Source: Felis catus (Eukaryota). From it: a DNA stretch of 64,000 nt. Shown piece by piece: positions 11,311 through 24,559 of the stretch. Each line of letters starts with the position of its first letter. Positions within the stretch are counted from its first letter, which is position 1. The position numbers were made by a program, and so were the translations under genes. The stretch spans positions 50,655,815 through 50,719,814 of the forward strand of contig NC_058368.1 of NCBI RefSeq assembly GCF_018350175.1, read 5' to 3'. Below the pieces are notes generated by a model. That model was not told where the DNA came from, made no database searches, and saw only the letters and a program-made list of their open reading frames with translations.

Positions 11311-13909
11311 AAATTAGACAAGAATAATTAAATGCTCAGAATCATATTAGTTAGGTGCAGCATCAAAAACAGAATGAGACAAATATAACCTGTTCTAATG
11401 CCGTATTTTATAGTAGAGTACTACATAGGCAACTTGACTTCTCTTTGCATATTAATTAAAACTCCTTCAAAAGGCAAGCTATTGGCATACAGAGATGCAA
11501 AATGGATGACTAACAGCTCTACATTTGCTTTTCCCTTGTATCAAAAACTCTCATAAATATGATAGTTTTATTTATTGAGTGCTTACTTGTACCAGATACT
11601 GTTTTTATTTAGCTTTTAGCATATACTGTCAAAGGTCAAAGCTTGGGCTTCAGAGTTTCTGATAAACTTGTGGCTATTTCTTGCTCATATTCTTTCCTGG
11701 AGTTTAGAGAAAACAGCAGAAAATTTAAAACACAATAAGTTCAATTAATAATTGTGAGGGAAGGGTATGAGCACAGCCTGATGCCTGCCCTGTGTTCCAG
11801 GAAGAACCTTATGCTTTGTACAGGATGTGCTGGCGAGCTCACAAATTGCATTGCACATAACGAGTCAGACTTCAGCCAGCACACCCCTATTCCCTCTGTA
11901 TCAAGGCACATGTATGTTTTTCTTGGAACTGCTCGGAACTGCGTACCTCAATGGTCCTCGAGTATGTCTCCAGCCTTCTATGTTTCAGGCCCCATGGGGG
12001 GAAGGTTGGGGTCCTTGTACTGTGGCACAAAGTGGGGGTCAGGGAGCCACACTGTCCACCTCAGCTATGGAAAGCATCTGTTAGCCATCAGGCACCACTG
12101 CATTGCAAGGGGCTGGATCCTATGTACTCTCTCTCTCCTCTTGCTGCAAATGAATACTGTACCCCTTCCATTTGCTGTGCATGTTTCCTGCTCTCAGCAG
12201 CCTTTAATTGTACACTCGCTTCTTCTCTGGATGATACTTTACCTACCTTTGGACCCTGACCATACGTGTGTCATATTCTATCCTACAGCATAGTCTGACC
12301 TCCTACTGAAACAATAATCTTACATTATATCTGTTGTATCCATTAAGGATATTTTTGGGAACTTTGCACTGTTATAGACTGGGACAGGGAAATAAAGTAG
12401 GGAAAATATTCTAATATCACTAGAGTGGAGGCCCAGAGATTGTTCTAACTTCCTAGAAGACCTCTGTTTTGAAGGGTTTTTCCAAAACTAAAATCAGGGC
12501 CACAGAAAAAAAATGTCCACAAAGATATAGGTCCTCAAGGCCTACCTCTGCCTCACTCTATGTATCTGGCTTAATCCTGGGAAACTCTAGGCCTGCGGTA
12601 TAAAGCATGGTATCCAAGGTATGATGTAGACACTGCACGCCAAGAAAACAATTAGCTGTTTGCTGACTTCAGGGCAATACAGTGCTTTCAGCACCCATAG
12701 TGACATGACAGGAAGACTGGGGGACAGCTCTCATGATCACTCATTCATGTGCCAGTTGAATTTCTACCTCTTTCAAAAGAATTCTGCTTCATCAAAGTTC
12801 TAAATCTCTCACAACTGACTTTGGAAAGAGACATCTTAGAAAATCTTTTTCTCTGCTGACATGGAACATGATTCATCAGACTATATAAGGAGGTGTTGTT
12901 GACTTTGTGTGACTATCGTGACTTACAGTTTGACACCTCATGCATTGTGGAGTCATTTTAACATTATTACCTCTGCTCATACAGACCTGGGAATTTGTCC
13001 ATGAAGTAAGCACTTGGATGAAGATATGCCTTTGTGCATCTGACAAGGTCATTCTAAAGAATGGTACCTAAAAGCATGTGAATGGAAGAGTAACGCAGGG
13101 AAAGGACTAGCTGGCCTTATCTGAGCAGGGAAACCAGAATCCAAGCCTTCTCCCTGTACGATAACTGATTACCTTTGTCATACTTCACAGAATGAACAAA
13201 TACTTTCCAATAGCCTTGATGATCGATAATGTGAATTCTGGACTTCAGATGAGAGAGCACAGAGGAAAGTAAATGGAGGTCAGACCAGCTCAAATTCCTC
13301 AATAAATGTATAATCTGCTGCATTTATTTAACCTGGGCAACCTGGCACACTGAAATCTTATTATCTTTTTTCTTTTTTTAGTGGGAGAAGAGGATTTATC
13401 TTTAACTTCACAGTAATGGGAAGTTAATATCCTTTCTATCAGGGCTTCTGAATTTAAGATTTAACAATCTTTATCTTTTGAAGAGAAGATTATTTTGTTT
13501 TTGCTGTATAATCATCCCCAATCACACATTCTTGACTAAGAGCCATCTGAAAAGTTTAGGCTAGTTCGTATTTTTTTGATGGTACATGTTGGGCTAGTGG
13601 ATGCTGTCCAAGAGAAATGAGAAGACATTCTCCACAAGGTGAAACCATTTTCTTTGCATACTGCTGAACAGTCATCATTGCATAAAATATTCAAGAAGAA
13701 TGAAAATATTTACTTTACTTCTTAATCTATGATATATTCATAATGGGTAAAAATTTCTATTTGTAATATGAGGATCTACCAGCCTTACGTGTTATCTTTG
13801 GAGTTTACTTAGCTGCTTGAAATTAATGCCTCAAACTCTGTTTCTTCAGAGTTCTTTGAATTCTGAGCTGAAACAAAACCTCAATGAGGCTATCTGACAA
13901 ACTTATCCC

Positions 13910-14130
13910 CTTACCTGCTCTCATTTTTCTTACAGAATTTGTCACTTTTTAAAAGATACATGGTTTATATAGATTTTAGCTTTATTGTTTATCATTGATT
14001 TTCTGCTCCTCTCTTAGAATGTAAATGTCATATGGGCAAGGATATTTGTCTGTTTTGTTCTCTGATATACCCTCTTTCCATAAAATAATATCAGGCACAT
14101 AGTAGGTGCTCAATAAATAATTTTCAGTTA
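13910..14130 (+). mobile_element. L2 3' end
   Basis: ttagaatgtaaatgtcatatgggcaagga..tgttttgttctctg..ggcacatagtaggtgctcaataaata. Confidence 0.85.
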
Positions 14131-14301
14131 TTGAAAGCATCCATGATGCAAATAGTACACAGGTGATTCTCTAATGTTCCACAGAGTTGGTTGGCTTTAC
14201 ATAGTAAATATACAAAAGCCACAAAATTTCGAAGTCCAGCTAACCTGACACCTTTAGATTTCCTTGGTATTTCTTATTCATACTAACTTACTCATACTAA
14301 G

Positions 14302-14481
14302 TTTTAAGAGAGAGAAAGAGAGCAGAGGAGGGGCACTGAAGGAGGGAGAGAGAATCCCAAGCAGGCTCCATGCTGTCGGCACAGAGCTGGATGCAGGGCT
14401 CGAACCCAAGAACCATGAGATCATGACCTGAGCCAAAATCAAGATTCAGATGCTTAACCGATGGAGCCACACATGCACCCC
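14302..14481 (-). mobile_element. Can-SINE
   Basis: gagaatcccaagcaggctccatgctgtcggcacagagc..gagatcatgacctgagcc..gcacccc. Confidence 0.92.
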
Positions 14482-15153
14482 TTTGCTAACAAGACTTTAG
14501 ACTCTAATTTCAAAAGTATCTCAGTAATGTTTGGATATCCACAGGGTTCTTGGACACATGTGCTTAAGAACAAATACACCCCTGTTCTCTCACTCTGACC
14601 CACTAGTTAAGATGCCTTATCACTGCTCTATGTGTCTTCCTGAGGAAACTTGAGAAGCTTGTTACCGTGGCCAACACGGCATCCCTAAACTGTGCCATGC
14701 TATGTGAGAAGGAAGGGGGTGGATTGCCCTCCTAAACACAAGGCGGAATGTTGCTATCTGTGCTCCAGAGAGGTATACCATTTGAGACCTAATCTCTAGA
14801 AACTTATATAAGCACAGCTGTGTAAAACCAACCTAGCATGTCAGACTGGGAATGTGGAATAGCAATATGTCTCACTGAGTCATCTCCATCTTTCTTATCT
14901 TTTGTACTCTCATGTATCCCAGATTGCTGAATAATACATTTTTCAGGAAAGAAACAAAAGGCCCCATGTTTACCTTTTGCATCACCATTTTGTAGTAGTT
15001 GCAAAAATTCCCATTGACCTTGAACTTCATTAAGGCATTAATTGAACTTCATTAGGCACATGTAGTTGGACACCCCTGCCTTCCCTATAGCCACCTGGTA
15101 TGAAGTATGAGTTTAGTTTGGACATAGAGAACAATTTACAGAGGATGGAGGGA

Positions 15154-15509
15154 TGTATTAGCTCAGGTTCCTATAACAGAATAATATAGTCTGTGTGGCT
15201 TACACAACATTTCTCACAGTTCTAGAGACTAGGAAGTCCAAGATCAAGGTGGCTGCAGATCTAGTGTCTGGTAAGAGCTCTCTTCCTGGCTTGGGGATGG
15301 CATCTCCTCATAGTATCCTCACCTGATGGAGAATAGACAGAGTCAATCCAAGCAGTTTTGTGTCTTTACAAGGGTACTCCTCTCACTCCTGAGAACTCCC
15401 CTCTTCTGATCTGATTACCTCTGAAAGGCCCCACCTCCTAATACCCTCATACCTGGGGTTAGGATTCCAACATGAATGGGGGGTGGGGGCATAAATATTG
15501 TCCACAGCA
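15154..15509 (-). mobile_element. MaLR solo LTR (MLT1A0-like)
   Basis: TG..CA ends; tctcacagttctagagactaggaagtccaagatcaaggt, aaaggccccacctcctaatacc. Confidence 0.88.
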
Positions 15510-16158
15510 AGAGGTGTCAACCTACCAATCATAAGTGATGCCGAGCCAAAATATCGTTTTTTAAACCATCTTTTCTTCCTTCAATTCTTTAATTTTCAAT
15601 AGACATTACAAGTTGTGAATGTCATGCCAAACCATGACACCTTTTAGCAAAAATTACTGAGTTAGTCATGGGTGTGCACCTATAGGAATGCGAGGCAATG
15701 CTAACAGGAACTTGACATACCAAAAACCTAAGACTAAATCATGGAACTCATTTATTGAATGCACACTCACTGAGTGCTTAATATGTGGTGAGGTACCAGA
15801 CAATTTATGAGACAGTTTGTCCTTGCCCTCACCGATCTCTTTATGGAAGCAACTATGTGTTAGGCAGATAGTAGCTTGTATACATAATACATACGACAAC
15901 AATCCTGAACGGCAAGAAATAATTCTTTGACCAGTTGTTACTTGGCAGACCCTGTACTAACCCTTTGGAAATAAAAATAAGAAAGAAAAGAATTAGCGAT
16001 GGTCACTGTCCATGAAGTATAAATTATATTACACCATCTTCAGTAGTTACTAATAAGGCTGAATGGGTATCAGATTTCTTGACCAAACCCAAAAGTAGTG
16101 AATAGGCCTTTTAAAACAAAATTAAAATAAAATGGAAAGAAAAGAATATGGTTCTACA

Positions 16159-16322
16159 GGGGCGGCTGGGTGGCTCAGTAGGTTAAGTGACTTCAGCTCA
16201 GGTCATGATCTCATGGTTCATGGGTTTGAGCCCTGCATCTGGCTCTGTGCTGACAGCTCAGCCCTTGGAGCCTGCTCCAGATTCTGTGTCTTCCTCTCTC
16301 TGCTCCTCCCCCACTCAGGCTC

Positions 16323-16377
<55 letters not shown>

Positions 16378-16423
16378 AATAAATAAACATACATACATAC
16401 ATACGTACATACATACATACATA
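16159..16423 (+). mobile_element. Can-SINE with (TACA)n tail
   Basis: SINE head and body; tatggttcta repeated on both flanks (TSD). Confidence 0.95.
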
Positions 16424-16729
16424 CGAAGTATGGTTCTATAAACTTAAAAACTTTGTCATTTTTTTTCCCTGTGAATGTTTTTGAAGCAAAAACAGAAGCT
16501 GCAAAGTAAGGCAGGTTGGTATGTGAGAGTCTGAAAAAGCCCTCAATGTTTCCTTTACAATCAGTCATTGAAACCATGAAAAAGCAGAAGTCCATCTTTT
16601 AAAGGCATAATAACTTAACTGGAATCGATCACTTAAGGAAGACAAAGTATCACTGAGCCCAAATGTGGCTCTCCACACTAGCTGAACTATCTCCAAAAAA
16701 ATCCACAAAGGCAAAGGATGAAACTGAAT

Positions 16730-16731
<2 letters not shown>

Positions 16732-16773
<42 letters not shown>
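16732..16773. repeat. (TA)n microsatellite
   Basis: Read directly from the sequence. Confidence 0.97.
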
Positions 16774-16777
<4 letters not shown>

Positions 16778-17001
16778 CCCACAGTCACATGAATCTTCAA
16801 TCTAGAGACAAAGAACAATTACACAGTCCTGTAAATTATTTAATCACCAGCCTGGAAAGGAAGTGAAGTACTAACCATGCTTCATAACTGAAAACAGAAT
16901 TATTTAAGGAATAAATTTTTAAAGGGGGGTTGTGTAATTCATATTAGCCACAAACACTCAGTTGAAATGTTGTTGCAAGCTTAGGAATGAAAGTGATATG
17001 A

Positions 17002-17176
17002 GGGGCACCTGGGTGGCTCAGTTGGTTGAGCATCTATCTGGCTCTTGATTTCGGCTCAGGTGATGATCCCAGGGTTGTGGGATCAAGCCCCACGCTGGGC
17101 TCTGTACTGGAGCCTGCTTAAGATTCTCTGTCTCCCTCTGTCCCTCTCCCTTACTTGTGCTCTTTAAAATAAAAAA
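17002..17176 (+). mobile_element. Can-SINE (older subfamily)
   Basis: ggggcacctgggtggctcagttggttgagc..gagcctgcttaagattctct. Confidence 0.92.
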
Positions 17177-17177
17177 T

Positions 17178-17179
17178 GA

Positions 17180-17219
<40 letters not shown>

Positions 17220-17267
17220 GAGGAAGGAAGAAAGAAAAGAAAGAAAGAAAGAGGAAGGAAGAAAAAG

Positions 17268-17330
<63 letters not shown>

Positions 17331-17344
17331 GAAAGAAAGAAAAA
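17178..17344. repeat. (GAAA)n compound purine microsatellite at the SINE tail
   Basis: Read directly from the sequence. Confidence 0.97.
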
Positions 17345-18882
17345 TGTTGAAAGGACATGAATTTAATATAAAGAAAGTTTGTGAAAGTGGCATTATTCTC
17401 ATTATGATTGCTATTATTTTGTCAGAAACAGCTAATTCAAAAATGCCTTGAAAATGTGTTAGCTAAGGCAATTTTTAAGAATAGAAATGTGCGATATAAT
17501 TTTTAAAAATATATAAATTATAAATATAAATTATCTTTCAAACCACAGAGAACAGTCAGTATTTAGAGGCTAATGAAGTCATTCTTAGTGAAGTCAGTGA
17601 AAACAGACACCCAGTCACTTTGGATAAATGCTCCTCCAGGCACTAGCGTGACTGATGTTTCTGCAGAATTCTCAGATATGTCACAAAAAGAAGCTCAATG
17701 GGCAGTGTGAGCTTTAAGCCAAGAACTAAAATAAATATGCTCAAGATTCTATGCTATTACTGATGTTTCCAAATCAAATATTTCTACGAAAACTGTGTAG
17801 GTTGTTGAACTGTCGGGACTCAAACATAAAAAGCAAGCACAAGGTGCGCAAGTCAGAATCACTTAAGCAAAACGGGGATGCTTGGTTCATACCACTTTAA
17901 TCTACCTTCCGTATCTGGTACTTGTAATTCCGAAGCAAAGTCCGGCTTTAGATTCTTTTGTCAAAATGGCAGAGCCACTTTCACAGTGCATTGGGGACTA
18001 ATTATAGAGCTGTGCACAGAAGTATGAAAGGTTCCATCTGGTCCTTTGAAAGGCCCTCTTGTCCTTGGGTCCGGCCCCCACGGTGAAGCAATGATTTGGT
18101 CAGGATTGGTCAAGGCTGGTAGAAAGTTCCCTGTGGGTCCCATTTGCAAGAAGCAGCAGCAGCAGCAGCAGCCATACTCACTAACCTGAAGCAGTACATA
18201 CAGCAGAGTAGATAATGTATAAAAATAATGTATACACCCTCTATCATCAAACCATGAGATGAAACTAAATCTTCCATGCAAATGTTAAACAAGTGTCTGT
18301 TACTCCAGTGAACAAACTATGTGCTAACCACTTCATACAAAGTATCTAGTTTAAATTAATAAGCCTTACTTTAAATAAAATTAATAAGTCTCTACTTTAA
18401 ATAATCCCAGTTCTTTTAAGATCCACTATGGCAACTATCTGATTCGTGGTCAGATAGTATACTGCTCCGTGTTCTCGAAAAGGACTAAGAGGATCTTACG
18501 ACCTACCTAGGATGGATTAGATAACTTCCAACTATCTCTTCGGACAGCTAATGGGGTTTTAATATTGTACAAAAAGCAAGCTGTACCCTTTTAACAAAAG
18601 GGAACATTAAAAAATAAATATCAAAATCCTAGAACAGCCTCATTGACAGAGAAAGCTCTCAGAATCACGCTGACATCTCCCTCAGCTGTCAGAACATCAC
18701 CAAGTGTCATGAGAGTCTTTTCTCCTTTTAAAAAGAATGCATCATCACAAAGGATTTAATGAAATTACTCTTTCTAAAATTTTATATCATGAAAGAGCCA
18801 GAATTTCTTTCATCTCTCTAAAAGAAAAAAAAAATCAGTATTCTTTAAAGCTTTCTTTGCTTTACTGGAATCTGTAGAGGAA

Positions 18883-18929
<47 letters not shown>

Positions 18930-18932
18930 ATC
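18883..18932. repeat. (ATCT)n tetranucleotide repeat
   Basis: Read directly from the sequence. Confidence 0.95.
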
Positions 18933-19554
18933 TGGTCATCTATGGAAAGAGAGAGAGAAAGAGAGTAAGGGAGGGAGGAGGAGGAGAAGGAGAAGAGAGA
19001 AAACAATGCTGTCTGGCTTCATCTACCATTTGCAGAAGCACAGGAATAGTAAGTCAAAGGGAATAAAAAAAAGTATTACCTGGAAGTTCCTAACATATGT
19101 TTCAACCAAGTTCCCCATTACATATAGACACTAGGAAAAAAGGTACAACTGAAAAATGCTTCACGATCAAGATTTGTGTATACAACCTTTCTTAACAGAA
19201 CAGAACATCCATTTAAAGCTTCACACTGAAGGAATATTTTGAAACCTTGTTAATAAGAAATCTATAAATATCTATTAATGTATAAATATCTATACATTAA
19301 ACAATATCTTTATTTACTCTATTTATGTATACATTTGTTTAATATACATTAAATAAAAATATCTTTAATGATGAAAAGAATGTCAAGTTTAGTCCATACC
19401 ACAGGCAACAGTGTGGTGAGCTACCAGCTCAGGAAAGCCTCCTAGAGAAGAATCAGAAATAAATCTTGGTTTGTAGTTGAGTTTTTAACAGTTGGGAACT
19501 GAAGACAGAGATTATAGTTGAAGTTGTGCTTGTAGAATGGCAAAGTTTGCTTGT

Positions 19555-19664
19555 GGAATAATGTGTAAAGTTATCAAATTACTATGTTGTACAACTGAAA
19601 CTAAAGTGACATGTGTCAGCTCTACTCAAATTAAAATAATAAAACTGAAAACAAAAACAAAACA
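19555..19664 (+). mobile_element. Severely 5'-truncated carnivore L1 3' end
   Basis: actatgttgtacaactgaaact..A-rich tail; 13-bp TSD aaagtttgcttgt at 19542-19554 and 19665-19677. Confidence 0.85.
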
Positions 19665-19803
19665 AAAGTTTGCTTGTTGAGTTTATTAGACTTTCCTTGC
19701 TGTGCCATGAAAATGGAATTGGGCTGACTGAAATATACATTAGTAGCATTTCCTCGAGTGCATCTTAAAGAACCCAGTGGCCTGTTCATAAAAATGTGTT
19801 AAT

Positions 19804-19934
19804 GGGGCATGTGGGTGGCTCAGTTGGTTAAGTGTCCAACTCTTTGTTTCAGCTCAGGTCATGATCTCACGGTTTGTGAGATTGAGCCCTGCATCAGGAT
19901 CTGTGCTGACAGTGTGGAGCCTGCTTGGGAATTA

Positions 19935-19984
<50 letters not shown>

Positions 19985-20025
19985 TCTGCCCCTCCCTCTC
20001 TGTCTCTTTCTCAAAATAAATAAAT
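19804..20025 (+). mobile_element. Can-SINE
   Basis: ggggcatgtgggtggctcagttggttaag..(CT)n..aaaataaataaa. Confidence 0.95.
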
Positions 20026-20289
20026 ATATAAGCTTAAAAAAAGATCATTTATTCATCTTCTAGTAAATGAAGGCACATCTTTACTGGATACATTCCATCA
20101 GATTTTTTGTATTGCTTGAATATGCAACCATTATCCATTCAATAAACAAAAAACAAAACAAAAAACCCTTCTCAAAGTCTGTCACTAAGAAAGTTTATGC
20201 TCCCTTTTATTACAAAAAGGAATATATATGTAATTCTTCACATTTCCCTTTATTGCTTATTCAGCTTACTCTTAATCACACTAATTAGA

Positions 20290-21420
20290 GTGATTACACT
20301 GTTTAGAGGAAGCACCTCTAAACAATCCCTTGCTCAACTACTGTGATTTGATAGATGCTTCTTGAGGTCCTAATGATTACAATTCCTTTATCTGCTTCCT
20401 GACTTAAATGATGTTGTTGGAAGTTTTATTTACCTCTCTTTTTAATCCCGCAAGACACAATTATTACTCTTTTATAAAACCAAGGTTCATCAAGATAAAA
20501 CCAACATTGACTGCTTTACTCCCTCTTTCATCTCAGCCCTGGCATCTGAAATAATTTTTCTTCTGAAGCAATTCCTTGGGATTCATTAGGATTCTCCAGT
20601 CTTTTTAATTATTTATCCTTCTGAAACTATGACTATATGTGTACTGAACTCAATTTATTTTAATTCTATTTGTATTCTATCACTTTTCCTCACTATGTGA
20701 CATTCTGGGTAGATTCTTCTGACCTATCTTCCAGCTCATGATTTTTTTTTTTATATTTCAAAATGGCTGACATATTTACCCATTTTATTTTTAATATTAG
20801 GTATAGTTTTCGTTTCCAGAATTTCTATCTAAAAAATTATATAATGTTTTCTTATAGATACAGGCTTGTTGCTTGCTTTTAGTTTTTGAATGTAGAAAAA
20901 AGATTTGTTTTATCTTTTTTTAACACTTCCAATATTGGAAGTGTTTTGTGTTTATTTCTGCTTCTATTGTTTCTATTGCTTCCCATGTGTGGTGCTTTGC
21001 TTCATTGTAGGTTCATAGCTTGAGAGGTTTCTTTGGCAAAAACTAGAAGATGTAAATATGGTCTGTGTATCTGTAGGAAGTATTTCTAGTGATTACAGCT
21101 TCCCAGTGATGATGTCCACCCACCCCACACTCCAGTCAGCTGGGTTCAGTGTCGAAGAGTCTTTCCTTCATGCCCAAAATACCACCGAAACTTAGTTTCA
21201 ATCGTAAGATTTGACAGCATGTCCTCAGCACAAAAACTGTCCCCAAACCCCACTTTCATCCCACTTTCATTTAGATTTTGGCTTGATAATTCCTTACTCT
21301 ATTGTCAGTTCTTCAATACCTTAAAAACTATTTAAAAATGTATTTTATGAAATATTTTTAATTGTTTTCTGTAGGTTGCTTTGTCTAAATAAGGTAGTTT
21401 ACCATTAGATTGGAAGGGGA
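20290..21420 (-). mobile_element. Very old L1M/HAL1-like fragment
   Basis: T-rich antisense L1 ORF1-like motifs (ttcttctgacctatcttccagctca, tttccagaatttcta); highly degenerate. Confidence 0.45.
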
Positions 21421-22014
21421 ATTTCTAACACTGACATTATAAAAGCAATATGATAAAGACTAATTTTAGAACAACACACACTGAAGTTCTTATAGGCATT
21501 TTGCATTCATTTTCTACATGCCTTACAGTGTTCGATTTCACCAATTGAGATTATCAAGCAAAATAGATGTGTTATTTTTAGTCCTACCAAATAAATCAAA
21601 ATACTCAAATTTATGAACACACAATTGATTATTTAGATAGTGAAAATATAATAATTTGTATACCATTGCTTGTATCAGATAAACAGAGCTATAATCTAAA
21701 TTGAGAGGAGAAGGTGTCCTTCATACCGTAGTAGACACCCCTGTTTTTTAAATTAGCACAATTGAGAAATGAAAACATCGCAGGTATTTCACAAAAGAAA
21801 TACTGACAAACCTAAAATTTAAGTTCTGGGTTCACCATACGATATGCTTAGATAAGCACATCTTTAAGTGAAACTTCACATTAATGTGGACCTTCTCACA
21901 GTAATCGTTACTAGATAATGCATAAGGTTATTCTATCCAGATCCCAGTGTGAAAGAAATAACCTAAGTCACTATGAGTTGAGCAGACAAATGCTCATCAG
22001 ATTAATCATGCTCT

Positions 22015-22240
22015 GGGGCGCCTGGGTGGCGCAGTCGGTTAAGCGTCCGACTTCAGCCAGGTCACGATCTCGCGGTCCGTGAGTTCGAGCCCCGCGTCGG
22101 GCTCTGGGCTGATGGCTCGGAGCCTGGAGCCTGTTTCCGATTCTGTGTCTCCCTCTCTCTCTGCCCCTCCCCTGTTCACGCTCTGTCTCTCTCTGTCCCA
22201 AAAATAAAATAAATGTTGAAAAAAAAAATTAAAAAAAAAA
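22015..22240 (+). mobile_element. Young SINEC_Fc-type Can-SINE
   Basis: Intact CpGs (ggcgcagtcggttaagcgtccgacttcagccaggtcacgatctcgcggtccg); 15-bp TSD agattaatcatgctc. Confidence 0.98.
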
Positions 22241-23439
22241 AGATTAATCATGCTCATCAGACAGTAAGTGAGGTAGTAACAAATCTTGCCTTGACTTGGG
22301 ATATTCATGATCATTATTTGGCATGTGATTAGGCTTTATCCAGAAAATTATAGCTCCCTATCAATTTAGTAAGGAAAACAGAATCTATTGAAAAGAGAAA
22401 AAATGGCAGAGGTTACCCTACAGAAAATATGAGAAAGACTATTTAATCCAGTAGTAGGCCAATTTATTTTAACTTTACAGCCCACTGTGCATTGTCTTGG
22501 AGAGAATTAAAAAAACATGGTTCCAACTCTGTTTTCTTAGTAATTAAGATAATTTCAGAGAATGATTAAATATGGTGTAAAGAAAATAAAAAAGAGCCCT
22601 GTTCGAGAGAGCCACAGAGGTAGGGAGACAGGGAGAAGGCTTGTGGATTTAGCTATAGGAATCGTGGAAAGTCTATCTAAAGAGGTAACATTTGGGCTGA
22701 GACTGCAGTGACATGGAGGAAACAGCCACACAGAAATTAACTTGGATATTAAACGGACACCACTTGCCCTAGGAACTTGCTTATGCTGCATAGACCTCTT
22801 TTTTCTAAGCCAGTGTCCCATGTCTCCCTGTCCTCTTAGATCACAGGAGAAAATAACACCTCAGGAGAACAATAGTGAGAGGAAGCCAGCGAAAGGAGAA
22901 GCCATTATTTTCACATATGCAACAGCCCATAGAAAAGTTAAATCCTTATGGGAGAGCACAGACTTGAAAAAGGAATACAAAAAGAGCTAGAAGCATTTTT
23001 AATAAGTCCTATGTAGAGAAGTAAAGGAACTAGAAATGTTAACCTTCTAAAGGTTTCCGAAGGCTGAAATACACTGTCAAGCAGGTATATAATACCAGCC
23101 GGAGTAGGATGGCCAGGTGTTCTCTTTATTTCGAAGGTACTTGTGTTTGCAGTGGTGCATGAGGGACAGACATGAGGACAAGTAACCTAGGTAGAGTCTG
23201 CCTAGATTTTTACAAATAAAAATACTTGTGTTTCTTTTTAAAACTTTTACCAGAATCCTCTCCAACTAAAAACTTTTAGCCATCTCTTTTAACATGTATT
23301 TTTATCCCAGGAGTTTGTGTCAAAAGTCATGAAGTTCTCTCTGACCTTTCTGAGGCCAGGCACAGAGGCTTCCTGTGAGAACACCGTGGTGAAATGGTGC
23401 TTTTAGATTCATTTTTAAAAGATGTACACAGAATTCAGG

Positions 23440-23620
23440 AATGGGCTAAACAGAGCCAGCTTCAAATGTAGGTTACATCAATTTCTATCTTGGTAACTTT
23501 GGGCAAGTTACTTAACCTCTCTGGGCTTCATTTTGTCATCTGAAAATGTGACTAGTAATAATACTTATTTCAAAAGCGTTTTCTGAAGTAAAGAGAAAAT
23601 AATGCATATAAAAGCCCCTG
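23440..23620 (+). mobile_element. MIR
   Basis: Core actttgggcaagttacttaacctctctgggcttcattttgtcatctgaaaatg. Confidence 0.85.
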
Positions 23621-23739
23621 CTTGTGGGGTATGCTATCATCCGCTAGGAAATAAATTAAACTTCCAGGAGAGACAAGACCATGAGAGAGGCTATCACATT
23701 TTAATCTGTTCAAATACTTTCATTAAAAAAGAGCAACTA

Positions 23740-23959
23740 GGGGTGCCTGAGTGGCTCAGTCAGTTGAGCTTCTGACTTCGGCTCAGGTCGTGATCTCAGC
23801 TCATGAGTTCGATCCCCATATTGGGTTGTGTGTTAACAGCTCGGAGACTGGAGCCTGCTTCAGACTCAGTCTCCATGTCTCTCTCTGCCCCTCCCCTGCC
23901 CATGCACTGTCTCTCTCTTTCTCTCAAAAATACGTAAACATTAAAAAAAAAATTAAAAA
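23740..23959 (+). mobile_element. Can-SINE
   Basis: SINE body; TSD agagcaacta. Confidence 0.96.
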
Positions 23960-24297
23960 TAGAGCAACTAGGATAGCAAAGGAAAATACCTATGGACATT
24001 TTCACCAAAATTAGATGAAAAATTTTCCCTAACCCCAGAGGACAAATTTGTGAGGACAATTTACTTGCATGGTTTAGCATCCACCAGGAGGAGGAAAAAC
24101 AGGTTGCTCAAGAGCTCTGGAATCCAGAAATGGCCAGCAAGTACCCTAAAAAATGAGGAATCACCATGGGTTGAATTCTTAGCAAGTAGATCAAAGAACA
24201 AACTGAGAAACAGAGGGAAACATAAAGCTTTGAACGAATAATATTAATCAAAAACCAAAAAGCTTGGAAATGAGATTATTAAACAATAAGGCGGGGA

Positions 24298-24495
24298 GGG
24301 GGTTCCCTGGGTGGCTCAGTCAGTTAAGTGTCGACTTCAGCTCAGGTCATGTTCTCACGGTTCATGGGTTCGAGTCCGGCTTCAGGCTCTGTGCTGACAG
24401 CTCAGAGCCTGGAGCCTGCTTCAGATTCTGTGTTTCCTTCTCTCTCTCTGCCCACCCTCTCTCCCTCAAAAATAAACACTAAAAAAATAATTTAA
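24298..24495 (+). mobile_element. Can-SINE
   Basis: cctgggtggctcagtcagttaagtgtcgacttcagctcaggtcat..caaaaataaac. Confidence 0.94.
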
Positions 24496-24559
24496 AATAA
24501 TAAGGGAATCATAAGGAGAGTTGACAAAACTTAGGAAAACCTTAAGAAGAGCAAACAAA

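Noticed and set aside
12985..13005. Possible 21-nt micro-exon (cag|ACCTGGGAATTTGTCCATGAA|gtaagc)
   Set aside because: Weak pyrimidine tract and no partner exons found; such matches are expected by chance in 64 kb
17151..17451. K/E/R-rich and F/L/S-rich ORFs (also 58491-58808 and 63636-63962)
   Set aside because: Translations of purine microsatellites
18434..18458. 9-bp-stem hairpin actatctga/tcagatagt
   Set aside because: Too short to exceed chance expectation, with no ncRNA context
22015..22095. tRNA-like sequence with A and B boxes
   Set aside because: This is the tRNA-derived head of a Can-SINE, followed by (CT)n, poly(A) and a TSD
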